Counted from the stretch's first letter, positions 23,025 to 31,417 are shown. The stretch: DNA of 52,576 nt from Anaerolineales bacterium (GCA_004377365.1 SOHZ01000648.1:1-52576), one strand, 5' to 3'. Made by a program: numbers and translations. The notes: generated by a model from the sequence alone, not told the origin.

Positions 23025-24185
23025 ATGCAACCAGCAAAACGTCTCTCTAACCTGCCCCCTTACCTCTTCGCCCGGTTGGGGCAGCGTATTGCCGAACTGC
23101 GGGCGCAAGGGATTGATGTCATCCGTCTGGACATCGGCAGCCCTGATATGCCGCCCGACGATGAGATCATCGAGGCCCTGGCCCGCTCGGCCCACCGGCC
23201 AGACGGCCATGGCTACGCTGGCTACTACGGCCTGCCAGAACTGCGCCAGGCCATCGCCGATTACTACGCCCGCCGCTTCGGAGTGGACCTGGACCCCGAG
23301 GGCGAGGTGCTCCCTCTGATCGGCTCCAAAGAGGGCCTGGCCAACCTCTCTCTGGCTTTCCTCGACCCCGGCGATGTGGCCCTGGTCCCCGACCCGGCTT
23401 ATCCCACTTATGAGTTAGGTGCTTACCTGGCTGGGGGCACCACCCACCGCTTCCCTCTCCTGGCCAAGCAGGACTTTTTGCCTAATCTGGCAGCCATCCC
23501 TGTCGGGATGGCACGGCGAGCCAAGCTCCTCTGGCTGAGTTACCCCAACAACCCCACCGGGGCGGTGGCCTCCCTGGAGTTCTTCGCCGAGGCGGTGACC
23601 TTTGCCCGGGAGCGCGACCTGCTCTTATGTCACGATAATCCCTATTGCGAAGTGGCTTACGAAGGCTACCGACCTCCCAGTCTGCTGCAAGTGGAAGGGG
23701 CCAAGGAAGTCGCTATAGAGTTCAACTCCTTCTCCAAGACCTACAACATGGCCGGCTGGCGCATTGGGATGGTGGTAGGCAACCGTGCGGCCATCAAGGC
23801 CCTGGCCCAGGTCAAGACCAACGTGGACTCGGGTATCTTCACCGCTATCCAGGCGGCGGCGGTGGTGGCTCTGACAGGCGACCAGACGTGGCTAGAGAGC
23901 CGCAACGCCATCTACCAGGAGCGACGGGACATCATTCTGGAGGGCCTGGCTGCTGTGGGGATCAAAGCCCGCAAGCCGCTAGCCACCCTCTACATCTGGG
24001 CTGAGGTGCCGCAGGGCTACAGATCGGCCGAGTTCGCAGAGAAGCTGTTGACCGAGCAGGGGGTCTCCTTTGCTCCAGGCTCGGCCTACGGAGAGTGTGG
24101 CGAGGGATACCTGCGCATCTCGGTGGGGATGGCGACGCCGCGCGTGCGGGAAGCCATGGAACGGCTGAAAGAGTTCCAGTTTTAG
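23025..24185 (+). CDS. class I/II PLP-dependent aminotransferase (LL-diaminopimelate aminotransferase-like)
   Basis: 'LPPYLFARL...GIDVIRLDIGSPDMPP', 'YPNNPTGAV' and 'SFSKTYNMAGWRIG' (PLP Lys). The overall pattern resembles DapL-type enzymes, but specificity is not provable from sequence alone. Confidence 0.7.
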   Translation: MQPAKRLSNLPPYLFARLGQRIAELRAQGIDVIRLDIGSPDMPPDDEIIEALARSAHRPDGHGYAGYYGLPELRQAIADYYARRFGVDLDPEGEVLPLIGSKEGLANLSLAFLDPGDVALVPDPAYPTYELGAYLAGGTTHRFPLLAKQDFLPNLAAIPVGMARRAKLLWLSYPNNPTGAVASLEFFAEAVTFARERDLLLCHDNPYCEVAYEGYRPPSLLQVEGAKEVAIEFNSFSKTYNMAGWRIGMVVGNRAAIKALAQVKTNVDSGIFTAIQAAAVVALTGDQTWLESRNAIYQERRDIILEGLAAVGIKARKPLATLYIWAEVPQGYRSAEFAEKLLTEQGVSFAPGSAYGECGEGYLRISVGMATPRVREAMERLKEFQF

Positions 24186-24201
24186 CCTCGACTTTTCTTC
24201 A

Positions 24202-25380
24202 CTACCTCCCCCCACTGACCCGATGCACAAGGCTGCCCAGCCAGGAGCGCTCCAAATCTATGGCCCCCTCGGTGCACAGCTCGTGACAGCAATAGCAACG
24301 GATGCACTGGTCATAGTCAATGACCGCCAGACTGTCCACTATGGTGATGATCTGCTGGGGGCAACCGGCTACACAATCGCCACAGGCTGTGCAGCGGCCC
24401 CGCTGAGGCACCGGCCTGAGGGTGAAATGGTCGGTGATGAGAGGCCCAAAGTGCCTGGTCAAAAAGGGATTGCCCATGGTTGCATCCTCGCGTGGGCTGG
24501 CCGAGGGTGGCTGAAAGTCGGGCACGAGAACCTCATCCACGGAAGCCCCCAGCGTGACGACATCATCCACTCTGCCCGTCCACAACCCACGAGCCGCCGC
24601 TTCCCGTAAGGTAGGCACTTTGAGCGGATCGAAGCCCACGATGCCCGTGGCCACGGCGTCCAGAGCCACACTATCACGGCTGGCCAGGATCACTCCCACA
24701 TCCCGAAGGGGCCCGGTAGAGGGGCCATCGCCTTCCATGCCTACGACAGCGTCCATCAGTACCAGAGCAGGTTTGACCAGGGAGGTGATGTCCAGAAGCA
24801 TCAGCGCAAAGTGGGTCACGTTGCGCATCCTGGCGTGGAAGACAGCCTTGGCAAAGCCGGGCACCACTCCAAAGAGGTTCTTGGTCGCTCCGGTGAAAGT
24901 GAAGAGAACGTGGGTCTTGAGCTTGGGCATGGAGATGACCACGTCCGCCTCCAGGACTGGCTTGATGACCTCCAGCCGTTTGACCAAAAAGCCTTCGGGA
25001 TGGGAGATCTCCTCGTAGCTCGTGTCCCAGTTCAGGGCCGCTCCGGTGCGTTCGGCTACTTGCAGAAGGCCGCTGGCCTCATAAGTCCTCCTCAGGCCGG
25101 CCTCGGTGTAAGGGACACTGCCCCCAGGGCTATCGGCGATGAGAGGTAACCCCCCCGCCTCCTGAACCAGCTTGACCACAGCCTCTACCACCGCCGGATG
25201 GGTGACGATGCCTCTCTCCGGCGGCGTGGCCGACAACAGATTGACCTTGAGAAGCACCTTCTGGCCGGGCTGCACGAACTGACTTATCCCGCCCAGGAGG
25301 TCAATGCTTTCCCGCACTGCCCGATCAACAGTTGGCTGCCGATAATCGGGACACTTGACGATGGCTACTTGGGAAGTCAT
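24202..25380 (-). CDS. DUF362 domain protein with C-terminal 2x[4Fe-4S] ferredoxin domain
   Basis: 'VAIVKCPDY...GQKVLLKVNLL...HPAVVEAVV' is typical of DUF362. The C-terminus carries 'CTACGDCVAGCP' and 'CIRCYCCHELCTEGAI'. Confidence 0.7.
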   Translation of the reverse strand: MTSQVAIVKCPDYRQPTVDRAVRESIDLLGGISQFVQPGQKVLLKVNLLSATPPERGIVTHPAVVEAVVKLVQEAGGLPLIADSPGGSVPYTEAGLRRTYEASGLLQVAERTGAALNWDTSYEEISHPEGFLVKRLEVIKPVLEADVVISMPKLKTHVLFTFTGATKNLFGVVPGFAKAVFHARMRNVTHFALMLLDITSLVKPALVLMDAVVGMEGDGPSTGPLRDVGVILASRDSVALDAVATGIVGFDPLKVPTLREAAARGLWTGRVDDVVTLGASVDEVLVPDFQPPSASPREDATMGNPFLTRHFGPLITDHFTLRPVPQRGRCTACGDCVAGCPQQIITIVDSLAVIDYDQCIRCYCCHELCTEGAIDLERSWLGSLVHRVSGGR

Positions 25381-25431
25381 AATATTCGGTCAATCCTTTC
25401 TGCTAATGTAACTGTTCAGAGAGGCGAGACC

Positions 25432-25601
25432 AGCGCCGGTCGAGCGTCGCCCTGAGTAGCAGAGCGTACCGAAGGGTAGGAGCAAAGCGACGTATCGAGA
25501 CTAAGCGGGGCTTATGCACACAGCCCCGCTCGCTTGATTTCGATACACTGGCTTCGATATGCCTTCGGCTACTCAGCCCAAGTCGCTACTCAATTGGCGC
25601 T
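25432..25601. repeat. long nested-hairpin repeat element (family with 10218-10350)
   Basis: Outer pairs are agcgcc/ggcgct and gagtagc/gctactc. Inner pairs are cgtatcga/tcgatac. The central 9-bp hairpin is agcggggct-tatgcacac-agccccgct. Confidence 0.55.
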
Positions 25602-25604
25602 CGC

Positions 25605-26168
25605 TTACCTGCTGATTTGGTCCAAGGCGCTAGCTGCCTCTGAACGGAGAAGGCCCCCCTCGGCGCGTACGATCCGTCTCAAAGAAGGGATGGCCTGGGG
25701 CACCCGCAGGCCGCCCAGGAGCCGAATGGCCAAGCGACGGGTGAGTTCGTCCTTTCTGCGCAACAGCGCCTTGGCTGCCGCCCAAACAATCGCCGGTTCC
25801 AGGGCTCCCTCCAGAGCGATGACCACGTTGTCAACCAACGCTTCAGCAGAGCCCTGGTGATAACCCAACGAGCCCGCTATCGCTTTCGGCAACTGCTCAT
25901 TGGCCGCCCAGTGAGGAATCTTGTACACGGCGTCTTGCAGTAGACAGGTCTTGGCACAACGCGCATTCAACCTGGCCAACTGCTCGGCTGCGGTCCGGCT
26001 AAGTGACAAGTTGGGGGCTTCGAGGACCAGGTAAGCGAGAGCCTGGGCTGTGGGCTTCCCAAGTTTGCCTAACCGGCGAGCAGCAGCCCGCCGGTCGCGC
26101 CGGCGAGGACTTTTCAGTTGCTCGAACAGAGCTTTTTGCTCCTCCACCCTCTCCCTCATGTGGTCCAA
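25605..26168 (-). CDS. HEAT-repeat-like protein (hypothetical)
   Basis: 187 aa. 'RRAAARRLGKLGKPTAQALAYLV' and 'RLAIRLLGGLRVPQAIPSLRRIV...RSEAASALDQI' resemble PBS-lyase/HEAT_2 repeats. Confidence 0.45.
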   Translation of the reverse strand: MDHMRERVEEQKALFEQLKSPRRRDRRAAARRLGKLGKPTAQALAYLVLEAPNLSLSRTAAEQLARLNARCAKTCLLQDAVYKIPHWAANEQLPKAIAGSLGYHQGSAEALVDNVVIALEGALEPAIVWAAAKALLRRKDELTRRLAIRLLGGLRVPQAIPSLRRIVRAEGGLLRSEAASALDQISR

Positions 26169-26169
26169 C

Positions 26170-26198
26170 TTGCTTTTTGTGACCTAATATGATATTAT
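26170..26198 (+). promoter_or_regulatory. candidate promoter for the RHH-HNH pair
   Basis: TTGCTT (26170-26175), a 17-nt spacer, then TATTAT (26193-26198). Confidence 0.35.
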
Positions 26199-26292
26199 GC
26201 TAAGTGGCAATGCTATGAGCCGGGCTCTCAGAAAACGACGAACTATAAGCGAGAATCACTAGCCTTTGTCTGAAACCACCAGAGGGAATGCT

Positions 26293-26724
26293 ATGTCTGT
26301 TCGTACTGTTACTCTCAAGTTGCCGGAGCATCTTTACGAGCGATTGGAGACAAAAGCCCGGGCTGCAACCAGCTCTGTAGATGAAATCGTTGTTCAGGCA
26401 CTTGCTCGCAGTCTGCCGCCACTGGTAGAAAAAGACCTCCCGCAGCCTCTTCAGGCGGAACTTGAGGCCATGGATCACCTATCCGACGAGGCCCTCTGGC
26501 AGATTGCTGAGAGCACTATGAATCGTGACAAAGTTGCGCTTTACGATGTGCTGCTGGAGCGCCATCAAGCCGGCACCCTCACCCCCGAAGGTCAAGAGTG
26601 GTTGACCCGTCTCCGGGAAGAAGCTGAGGCTTTGATGCTGCGTAAGGCCCATGCCTATGCGCTGCTCCAAAGCCGGGGGCATAGACTGCCCACTCTCGAA
26701 GAACTCCACGCTCGGACACCGTGA
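26293..26724 (+). CDS. ribbon-helix-helix (CopG/antitoxin-like) protein with helical C-terminal extension
   Basis: 'MSVRTVTLKLPEHLYERLETKARAATSSVDEIVVQALARSL' fits an RHH fold pattern. Its stop overlaps the next gene's start (GTGA). Confidence 0.55.
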   Translation: MSVRTVTLKLPEHLYERLETKARAATSSVDEIVVQALARSLPPLVEKDLPQPLQAELEAMDHLSDEALWQIAESTMNRDKVALYDVLLERHQAGTLTPEGQEWLTRLREEAEALMLRKAHAYALLQSRGHRLPTLEELHARTP

Positions 26725-27149
26725 CCCGATCTTACGTCTCGCCCGATTTGCGCCGCCAGGTAGCAAAAGACGCCGGTCATCGTTGCGGGTACTGCCTTTC
26801 GGATGAAGTGTTGACGGGCTTACCTCTGAGCGTTGATCATATCGTCCCGGTTGCAGCCGGAGGCCCGACAACACGTGAGAACCTGTGGCTGGCCTGCCGT
26901 CCCTGCAACGAGTTCAAGGGAGCCCAGACCCACGCCGAGGATCCAGAAACCGGCGAGATCGTACCCCTGTTTAATCCTCGCACTCAAGACCGGCACGCAC
27001 ATTTTGCCTGGAACGACGACAAAACCCGCATCATCGGCTTGACTCCCACTGGTCGAGCAACGGTCATGGCGTTACAACTGAATCGCTCCATCCTGGTGAG
27101 GGCACGTTGGCGCTGGGTTATGGCTGGCTGGCACCCGCCCCAGGAATGA
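26721..27149 (+). CDS. HNH endonuclease
   Basis: 'GHRCGYCLSDEVLTGLPLSVDHIVPVAAGGPTTRENLWLACRPCNEFKG' carries the HNH motif (C..C...DH....GG...NL...C..CN..K). Confidence 0.8.
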   Translation: MTRSYVSPDLRRQVAKDAGHRCGYCLSDEVLTGLPLSVDHIVPVAAGGPTTRENLWLACRPCNEFKGAQTHAEDPETGEIVPLFNPRTQDRHAHFAWNDDKTRIIGLTPTGRATVMALQLNRSILVRARWRWVMAGWHPPQE

Positions 27150-27203
27150 ACAGGGGCCTAGCCCCACCTGACCACCGGTGGGTGCCCCTTTGGGACTAGG
27201 CCG

Positions 27204-27233
27204 TGCCCCCTCCTAACCACGGGGGCATTTTTT
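27204..27233 (+). terminator. rho-independent terminator after the HNH gene
   Basis: Stem tgccccc / gggggca (27204-27210 and 27221-27227) with a 10-nt loop, followed by tttttt (27228-27233). Confidence 0.55.
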
Positions 27234-27394
27234 ACTTCCTAGACAAGTCTCTGAGAACCCCTGTCTGTATTCTCTGCTCGAATCCACAATCCCATTCTTC
27301 TTCTCCGCCGGCCCATACAACTCAACAGCGCGTCAACCGGCCGGTCTGTGGCCTTGATCTGCCACTGGTAGAGTTCCTTGTCGGCGGTGGTTCT

Positions 27395-27478
27395 GAAACA
27401 CGAAAATCACGAAAGGACGCGAAAACCGCGAAACGCCCTTTTCGTGTCTTTCGCTTCCTTTCGCGTCATTCGTGTTTC
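27395..27478. repeat. 84-bp imperfect palindrome (cgaaa/tttcg-rich element)
   Basis: gaaacacgaaaatcacgaaaggacgcgaaaaccgcgaaacg ... ttttcgtgtctttcgcttcctttcgcgtcattcgtgtttc. It lies between convergent genes and produces the 'FRVFRFLSR' artefact ORF. Confidence 0.6.
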
Positions 27479-27528
27479 AAATATCCTCACATCCCCCTCG
27501 TGGTTCAGTGATTATAGGCGTTCAGGGA

Positions 27529-29493
27529 TTATTCTCCTCGCAGTTCGCGCAGGTGTTGCTCGGCCTGCTCGCGCCAGTGCGGGTCGGTGCTCAATTCCAG
27601 ATAACGCTCAAAGTCGGCGATGGCTGCTTCGTGGTCACCCAGATTGCTGTGTGCTGCGGCACGGTTGAAGTATGCCTCGGCGAGGTCCGGCTTGATGCGG
27701 ATGGCTTCAGTGCAGTCGGCGATGGCTGCTTCGTGGTCGCCCAACTCTCGTTGTGCCGCTGAACGGTTGACGTATGCCCCGGCGAAGTCAGGTTTGATGC
27801 GGATGGCTTCGGTGTAGTCGGCGATGGCCGCTTCGTGATCGCCTAGATTGCTGTGTGCGATGGCACGGCCGAGGTATGCCTCGGCGAGGTCCGGCTTGAT
27901 GCGGATGGCTTCGGTGCAGTCGGCAATGGCCGCTTCGTGGTCACTCAGATTGCTGTGGGCGATGGCACGGTTCAAGTATGCCGTAGCGTAGTCGGGCTTG
28001 ATGCGGATGGCTTCGGTGCAGTCGGCAATGGCCGCTTGGTAGTCGCCCAACTCTCGTCGTGCCGCTGAACGGCTGAAGTATGCTTCAGCGTAGTCAGGCT
28101 TGATGCGGATGGCTTCGGTGTAGTCGGCGATGGCCGCTTCGTGGTCACCCAGATTGAAGTGTGCGAAGCCACGGCCGTAGTACGCTTCGGCGTAGTCGGG
28201 CTTGATGCGGATGGCTTCGGTGTAGTCGGCGATGGCCGCTTCGTGGTCGCCCAGATTGCCGTGTGCGCAAGCACGGTTGAAGTACCCTGGCGCATCCTCG
28301 GGATTCAAGTAGAGGGCGCGATCATAATCTTGCAAGGCAATCTCGTATTCCCCGAGCCAAGAGTAGCAGTTTGCCCGCCACACGTAGGCTTCCCAAGGTT
28401 TGACCCGTGTACCCTCCACAACGCTGCTCACTGCCGCATCGAAGAAAGAGATAGCCTGCCGCAACTCGGCCGATGACTCAACGACGATGTGGGTCATCCC
28501 CAGTGTAAAGAGCCCCAGATAGGCAGACTGCGAGGGAATTTCATTGAGAAAGTAGAAAGCCATTGGTGTGGGCGTTTCCAGGGCTATCCCTTCGCCTTGT
28601 ATCGTGTGTTCGCCGATCAGCTCAACGTAGGGCTGTGCCCCCAGACTGTTATACCAGCCCCAAATGACGAGATTGGCCGCGTACAGCTCGCCGAGTGTTT
28701 GTGCATCCCGCGAATTGGTTACGACCTGTTCAAATCGCTCTACCCGCGCGTTTGATTCTGGATTATCCTGAGCCGCCAGGAGAACAAAGTCATAGATTGA
28801 CGAACTGGGGTCAACGCCAACCAACTGGCCTTCACTACGGTTGTCAAACTCGGCGACGATAATTAGCGCTTCATCGTCGCTAGCCGGAGCAAAGGCCGTT
28901 GGGGTGGGCAGCAACCCTTGCAGCGTAGGGATGTTAAAGATGCTTGCTGCCAGCACAAAGGCCAGGATCAACCCCACCGTCAGAATCGCCAATCCACAGG
29001 GGGATACCACCGCCTGGAACACTTTGCGAATGGGGCTGCCAAAGAACTTTTCCACGATATCCGGGTGATGGTTCACCTTCTCGTCGAGTTCGGTGCCGGC
29101 CCAAAAGTCACACTCCAGCCCGGCCTGCTTGCAGCGCTCGCGGGCCTTTTGCCGGGTGTTGGCCGAAACGTCGCAGGTGACGAGAAACACCAGCACCGCC
29201 GGGCGCTGGTCCTCCGGCAGGGCCAGCACTTTCTTGACTTCCGTCAGCGCATCCTTTGGGTAAAAGCTCTGTACCCGCTTGCATTGAAAGGCCCACAATA
29301 CACCCTCGCGCCAGGCGATGATGTCGCGGCCCTGCTCGCTGCCCGCTGCGCCCAGGTGCTCGGCCCGTTCGTACCCTTCGCGCTTGACCAGCCACAGGCA
29401 CAGCCGTTCAAAGTCACGCGGCGACAGTTTGTCGAAGGGCAAGGGGTGAGTTGTTCCAGTGATAGGAGGTTGGGGCTGGGTCATAAGATTCAC
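27529..29493 (-). CDS. Mrr-like restriction-endonuclease-fold domain / TM helix / TPR-array protein
   Basis: N-terminus: 'LSPRDFERLCLWLVKREGYERAEHLGAAGSEQGRDIIAW..LWAFQCKR' (Mrr_cat-like D...QxK). TM helix: 'GLAILTVGLILAFVLAASIF'. Eight C-terminal 34-aa TPRs. The likely start is the ATG at 29484, after AAGGTG. Confidence 0.7.
   Translation of the reverse strand: MNLMTQPQPPITGTTHPLPFDKLSPRDFERLCLWLVKREGYERAEHLGAAGSEQGRDIIAWREGVLWAFQCKRVQSFYPKDALTEVKKVLALPEDQRPAVLVFLVTCDVSANTRQKARERCKQAGLECDFWAGTELDEKVNHHPDIVEKFFGSPIRKVFQAVVSPCGLAILTVGLILAFVLAASIFNIPTLQGLLPTPTAFAPASDDEALIIVAEFDNRSEGQLVGVDPSSSIYDFVLLAAQDNPESNARVERFEQVVTNSRDAQTLGELYAANLVIWGWYNSLGAQPYVELIGEHTIQGEGIALETPTPMAFYFLNEIPSQSAYLGLFTLGMTHIVVESSAELRQAISFFDAAVSSVVEGTRVKPWEAYVWRANCYSWLGEYEIALQDYDRALYLNPEDAPGYFNRACAHGNLGDHEAAIADYTEAIRIKPDYAEAYYGRGFAHFNLGDHEAAIADYTEAIRIKPDYAEAYFSRSAARRELGDYQAAIADCTEAIRIKPDYATAYLNRAIAHSNLSDHEAAIADCTEAIRIKPDLAEAYLGRAIAHSNLGDHEAAIADYTEAIRIKPDFAGAYVNRSAAQRELGDHEAAIADCTEAIRIKPDLAEAYFNRAAAHSNLGDHEAAIADFERYLELSTDPHWREQAEQHLRELRGE
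27580..28293 (-). repeat. 7 x 102-nt near-identical tandem coding repeats (TPR units 2-8)
   Basis: Units are of the form 'AEAYxxRxxAxxxLGDHEAAIADxTEAIRIKPDx'. The second half of each unit is almost invariant at the nucleotide level. Confidence 0.85.
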
Positions 29494-29610
29494 CTTCTGT
29501 GAGAGACCTTAATCGTTCTGAACAATGGCCTTAAACTCGGCTATCCATCCGTCCAACTTTGCGCTGCGTAGCCCCGTTCGCTACCCGTCACGCCAGGTAG
29601 GCCTTTTACA

Positions 29611-29970
29611 TCAGAATGGAAGCCACATCGTGCGATCCACCCACTCCTTGGCCTCACTGGCCGCCCAGATCAGATAGAGCGCTTCCGCTAATGGGCCTAT
29701 CCTGACTCCAGGGCGTGTCCAGGCGATCCCCCAATGATGCCTCCCGGCGGCAGCATGGCCGGCAACACAAGACGGTATGCTGCTCCTGTTATCCGTGACC
29801 AGGAACCGCTGCGTCGCTTCAAGATAGCTCAAGATATCGGGGTCGAGGGTACCCAGAGGTGGCGCGCTCTCGTCCCCCACCCGTAGCACGTCAATCGCTG
29901 CATCGTAGCGCCAGAGGGCCGCCTTTAAGCGAGGCGTCAGGTTCTCGTCAAGCAGAAAGCGCACCTTCAC
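29611..29970 (-). CDS. DUF5615 (PIN-like) putative toxin
   Basis: The GTG at 29970 overlaps the upstream stop (GTGA). 'VRFLLDENLTPRLKAALWRYDAAIDVLRVGDESAPPLGTLDPDILSYLEATQRFLVTDN' matches the DUF5615 pattern. Confidence 0.65.
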   Translation of the reverse strand: MKVRFLLDENLTPRLKAALWRYDAAIDVLRVGDESAPPLGTLDPDILSYLEATQRFLVTDNRSSIPSCVAGHAAAGRHHWGIAWTRPGVRIGPLAEALYLIWAASEAKEWVDRTMWLPF

Positions 29971-30305
29971 GGGCGCTGCTCCTGGATGGCTCGCAATCGC
30001 TGAACCAGCGGTGGTGGATCGGCGGCCCACTCCTCGTACTCCCGTTCATAGCGCTCCCTCAAGCGGGCAAGATAGGCATCCACCTCCGCCTGATGGCGCA
30101 GATAGTAGGTGATGGTGGCATAGATCTTTTCTAGGCTCAACCCTGGAAATTCTTTGGCAATTTCATCCGGGTTGTACCCTTCGTGGTAGTACGAGAGTAC
30201 ATGTTCGATGCCAATCCTGTGCCCCTTGATACGAATGGCATCGCTTGACTGAGGCTCACGAGCGTCCGACCCCAGAAAATCAAAATAGTCTTCTAGTTGC
30301 ATCAA
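29967..30305 (-). CDS. DUF433 putative antitoxin
   Basis: 'IRIKGHRIGIEHVLSYYHEGYNPDEIAKEFPGLSLEKIYATITYYLRHQAEVDAYL' matches the DUF433 pattern. Confidence 0.7.
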   Translation of the reverse strand: MMQLEDYFDFLGSDAREPQSSDAIRIKGHRIGIEHVLSYYHEGYNPDEIAKEFPGLSLEKIYATITYYLRHQAEVDAYLARLRERYEREYEEWAADPPPLVQRLRAIQEQRP

Positions 30306-30516
30306 ATCACCTCCATCCGTTATCCTCTATTCTCTGTCCTACATCGTCGGCCCATTGAACTTGCTGACTGTCGTTCCTTCAATGTCCTTATCCCGCTGTC
30401 CTCATACACCCACCTCCCCGAAAGTTCCAGACACACGTCAGCCAATAATTCTTGGACTTTTCAGACGGTTCTTGGCTGGCCAAGGTGTCTCGAAGCTTTC
30501 GGGAAGGTTTGGCGTC

Positions 30517-31374
30517 TCAGTGCAAGCCCTCGAAAAGGTCGTCTGCGGGGCACTCGCCCTCCTTTAGCATCTTGCCCTCGCAGGCAAAGCAGTCGGTATG
30601 CCTGAACTGGCGGCGTAACTCTTCAGGGATAAGGGTGAAAAGACTATCGGGAGCAAGTTGGCTGCGGTGGCACTGTCGGGCCCGCTCTTGCACCTCCAAA
30701 TAGGCGCTGATGTCAACGTGGGTGGTACAAAATTCGTCCGGCACGCCCATGGAGTCCAGGTCCATGTACCTGGTGGGTGGCTCTATGCCCATCTCTTTCG
30801 CCGTCTGGATTAGCTTTTGGAATACGCTGCGCGGAAAGGCTGTGTAGTAGAGCTTTTGGGGGGCGTAGGGCTCCAGGCCCTCGGCCAGGTGTTCGGGGTA
30901 TTGGGTGGGGTCGCCAGCGGCATAAAAGGCCGCTTTGGCGTGGCGGTGGGCAGCCTTGTGGTCGGGATGGCCATAGCCGCCGCCCTCCTCGAAAGTCACC
31001 ACCACCTGGGGACGGATCTGGCGCATCAGGCGCACAATCTTGCCCGCTGCTTCATAGGGATCAGCCTGGACGAGGGAACGGGGATCTTTGTTAGCCGGGG
31101 TGCCGGCCATGCCCGAGTCCCGACAGCCCAGAAGGTGCAACTCGGAGATGCCCAGGACATCGCAGGCGCAGCGCAGTTCCCGCTCCCGGATCTCGGCTAT
31201 CTGCTCCCTGGTGCCCAGGCTGGGGTCGTTGATCTCCCCCTCTTCTCCACCAGTGGCACAGATAAGGGACACTTTGACCCCCTCAGCGGCGTATTTGGCC
31301 AGTGTTCCCCCGATGCCAAAGCTCTCATCGTCAGGATGGGCGAAAACAGCTAGCAGCGATAGCTCCTCTTTCAT
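30517..31374 (-). CDS. PIG-L/LmbE family N-acetylglucosaminyl deacetylase
   Basis: 'LLAVFAHPDDESFGIGGTLAKY' plus 'GYGHPDH' are the LmbE zinc-site motifs. Confidence 0.8.
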   Translation of the reverse strand: MKEELSLLAVFAHPDDESFGIGGTLAKYAAEGVKVSLICATGGEEGEINDPSLGTREQIAEIRERELRCACDVLGISELHLLGCRDSGMAGTPANKDPRSLVQADPYEAAGKIVRLMRQIRPQVVVTFEEGGGYGHPDHKAAHRHAKAAFYAAGDPTQYPEHLAEGLEPYAPQKLYYTAFPRSVFQKLIQTAKEMGIEPPTRYMDLDSMGVPDEFCTTHVDISAYLEVQERARQCHRSQLAPDSLFTLIPEELRRQFRHTDCFACEGKMLKEGECPADDLFEGLH

Positions 31375-31417
31375 TCATTACTCCTTAAACCATTTCGTTT
31401 TTTATTTTGCCCTCGCT

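Noticed and set aside
27580-28293. Regular 102-nt repeats (and the 21-nt repeats at 41500-41667) considered as a possible CRISPR array.
   Set aside because: The repeats are contiguous with no unique spacers, lie in long ORFs, and translate to TPR and PTDTPVP units. No cas genes are present.
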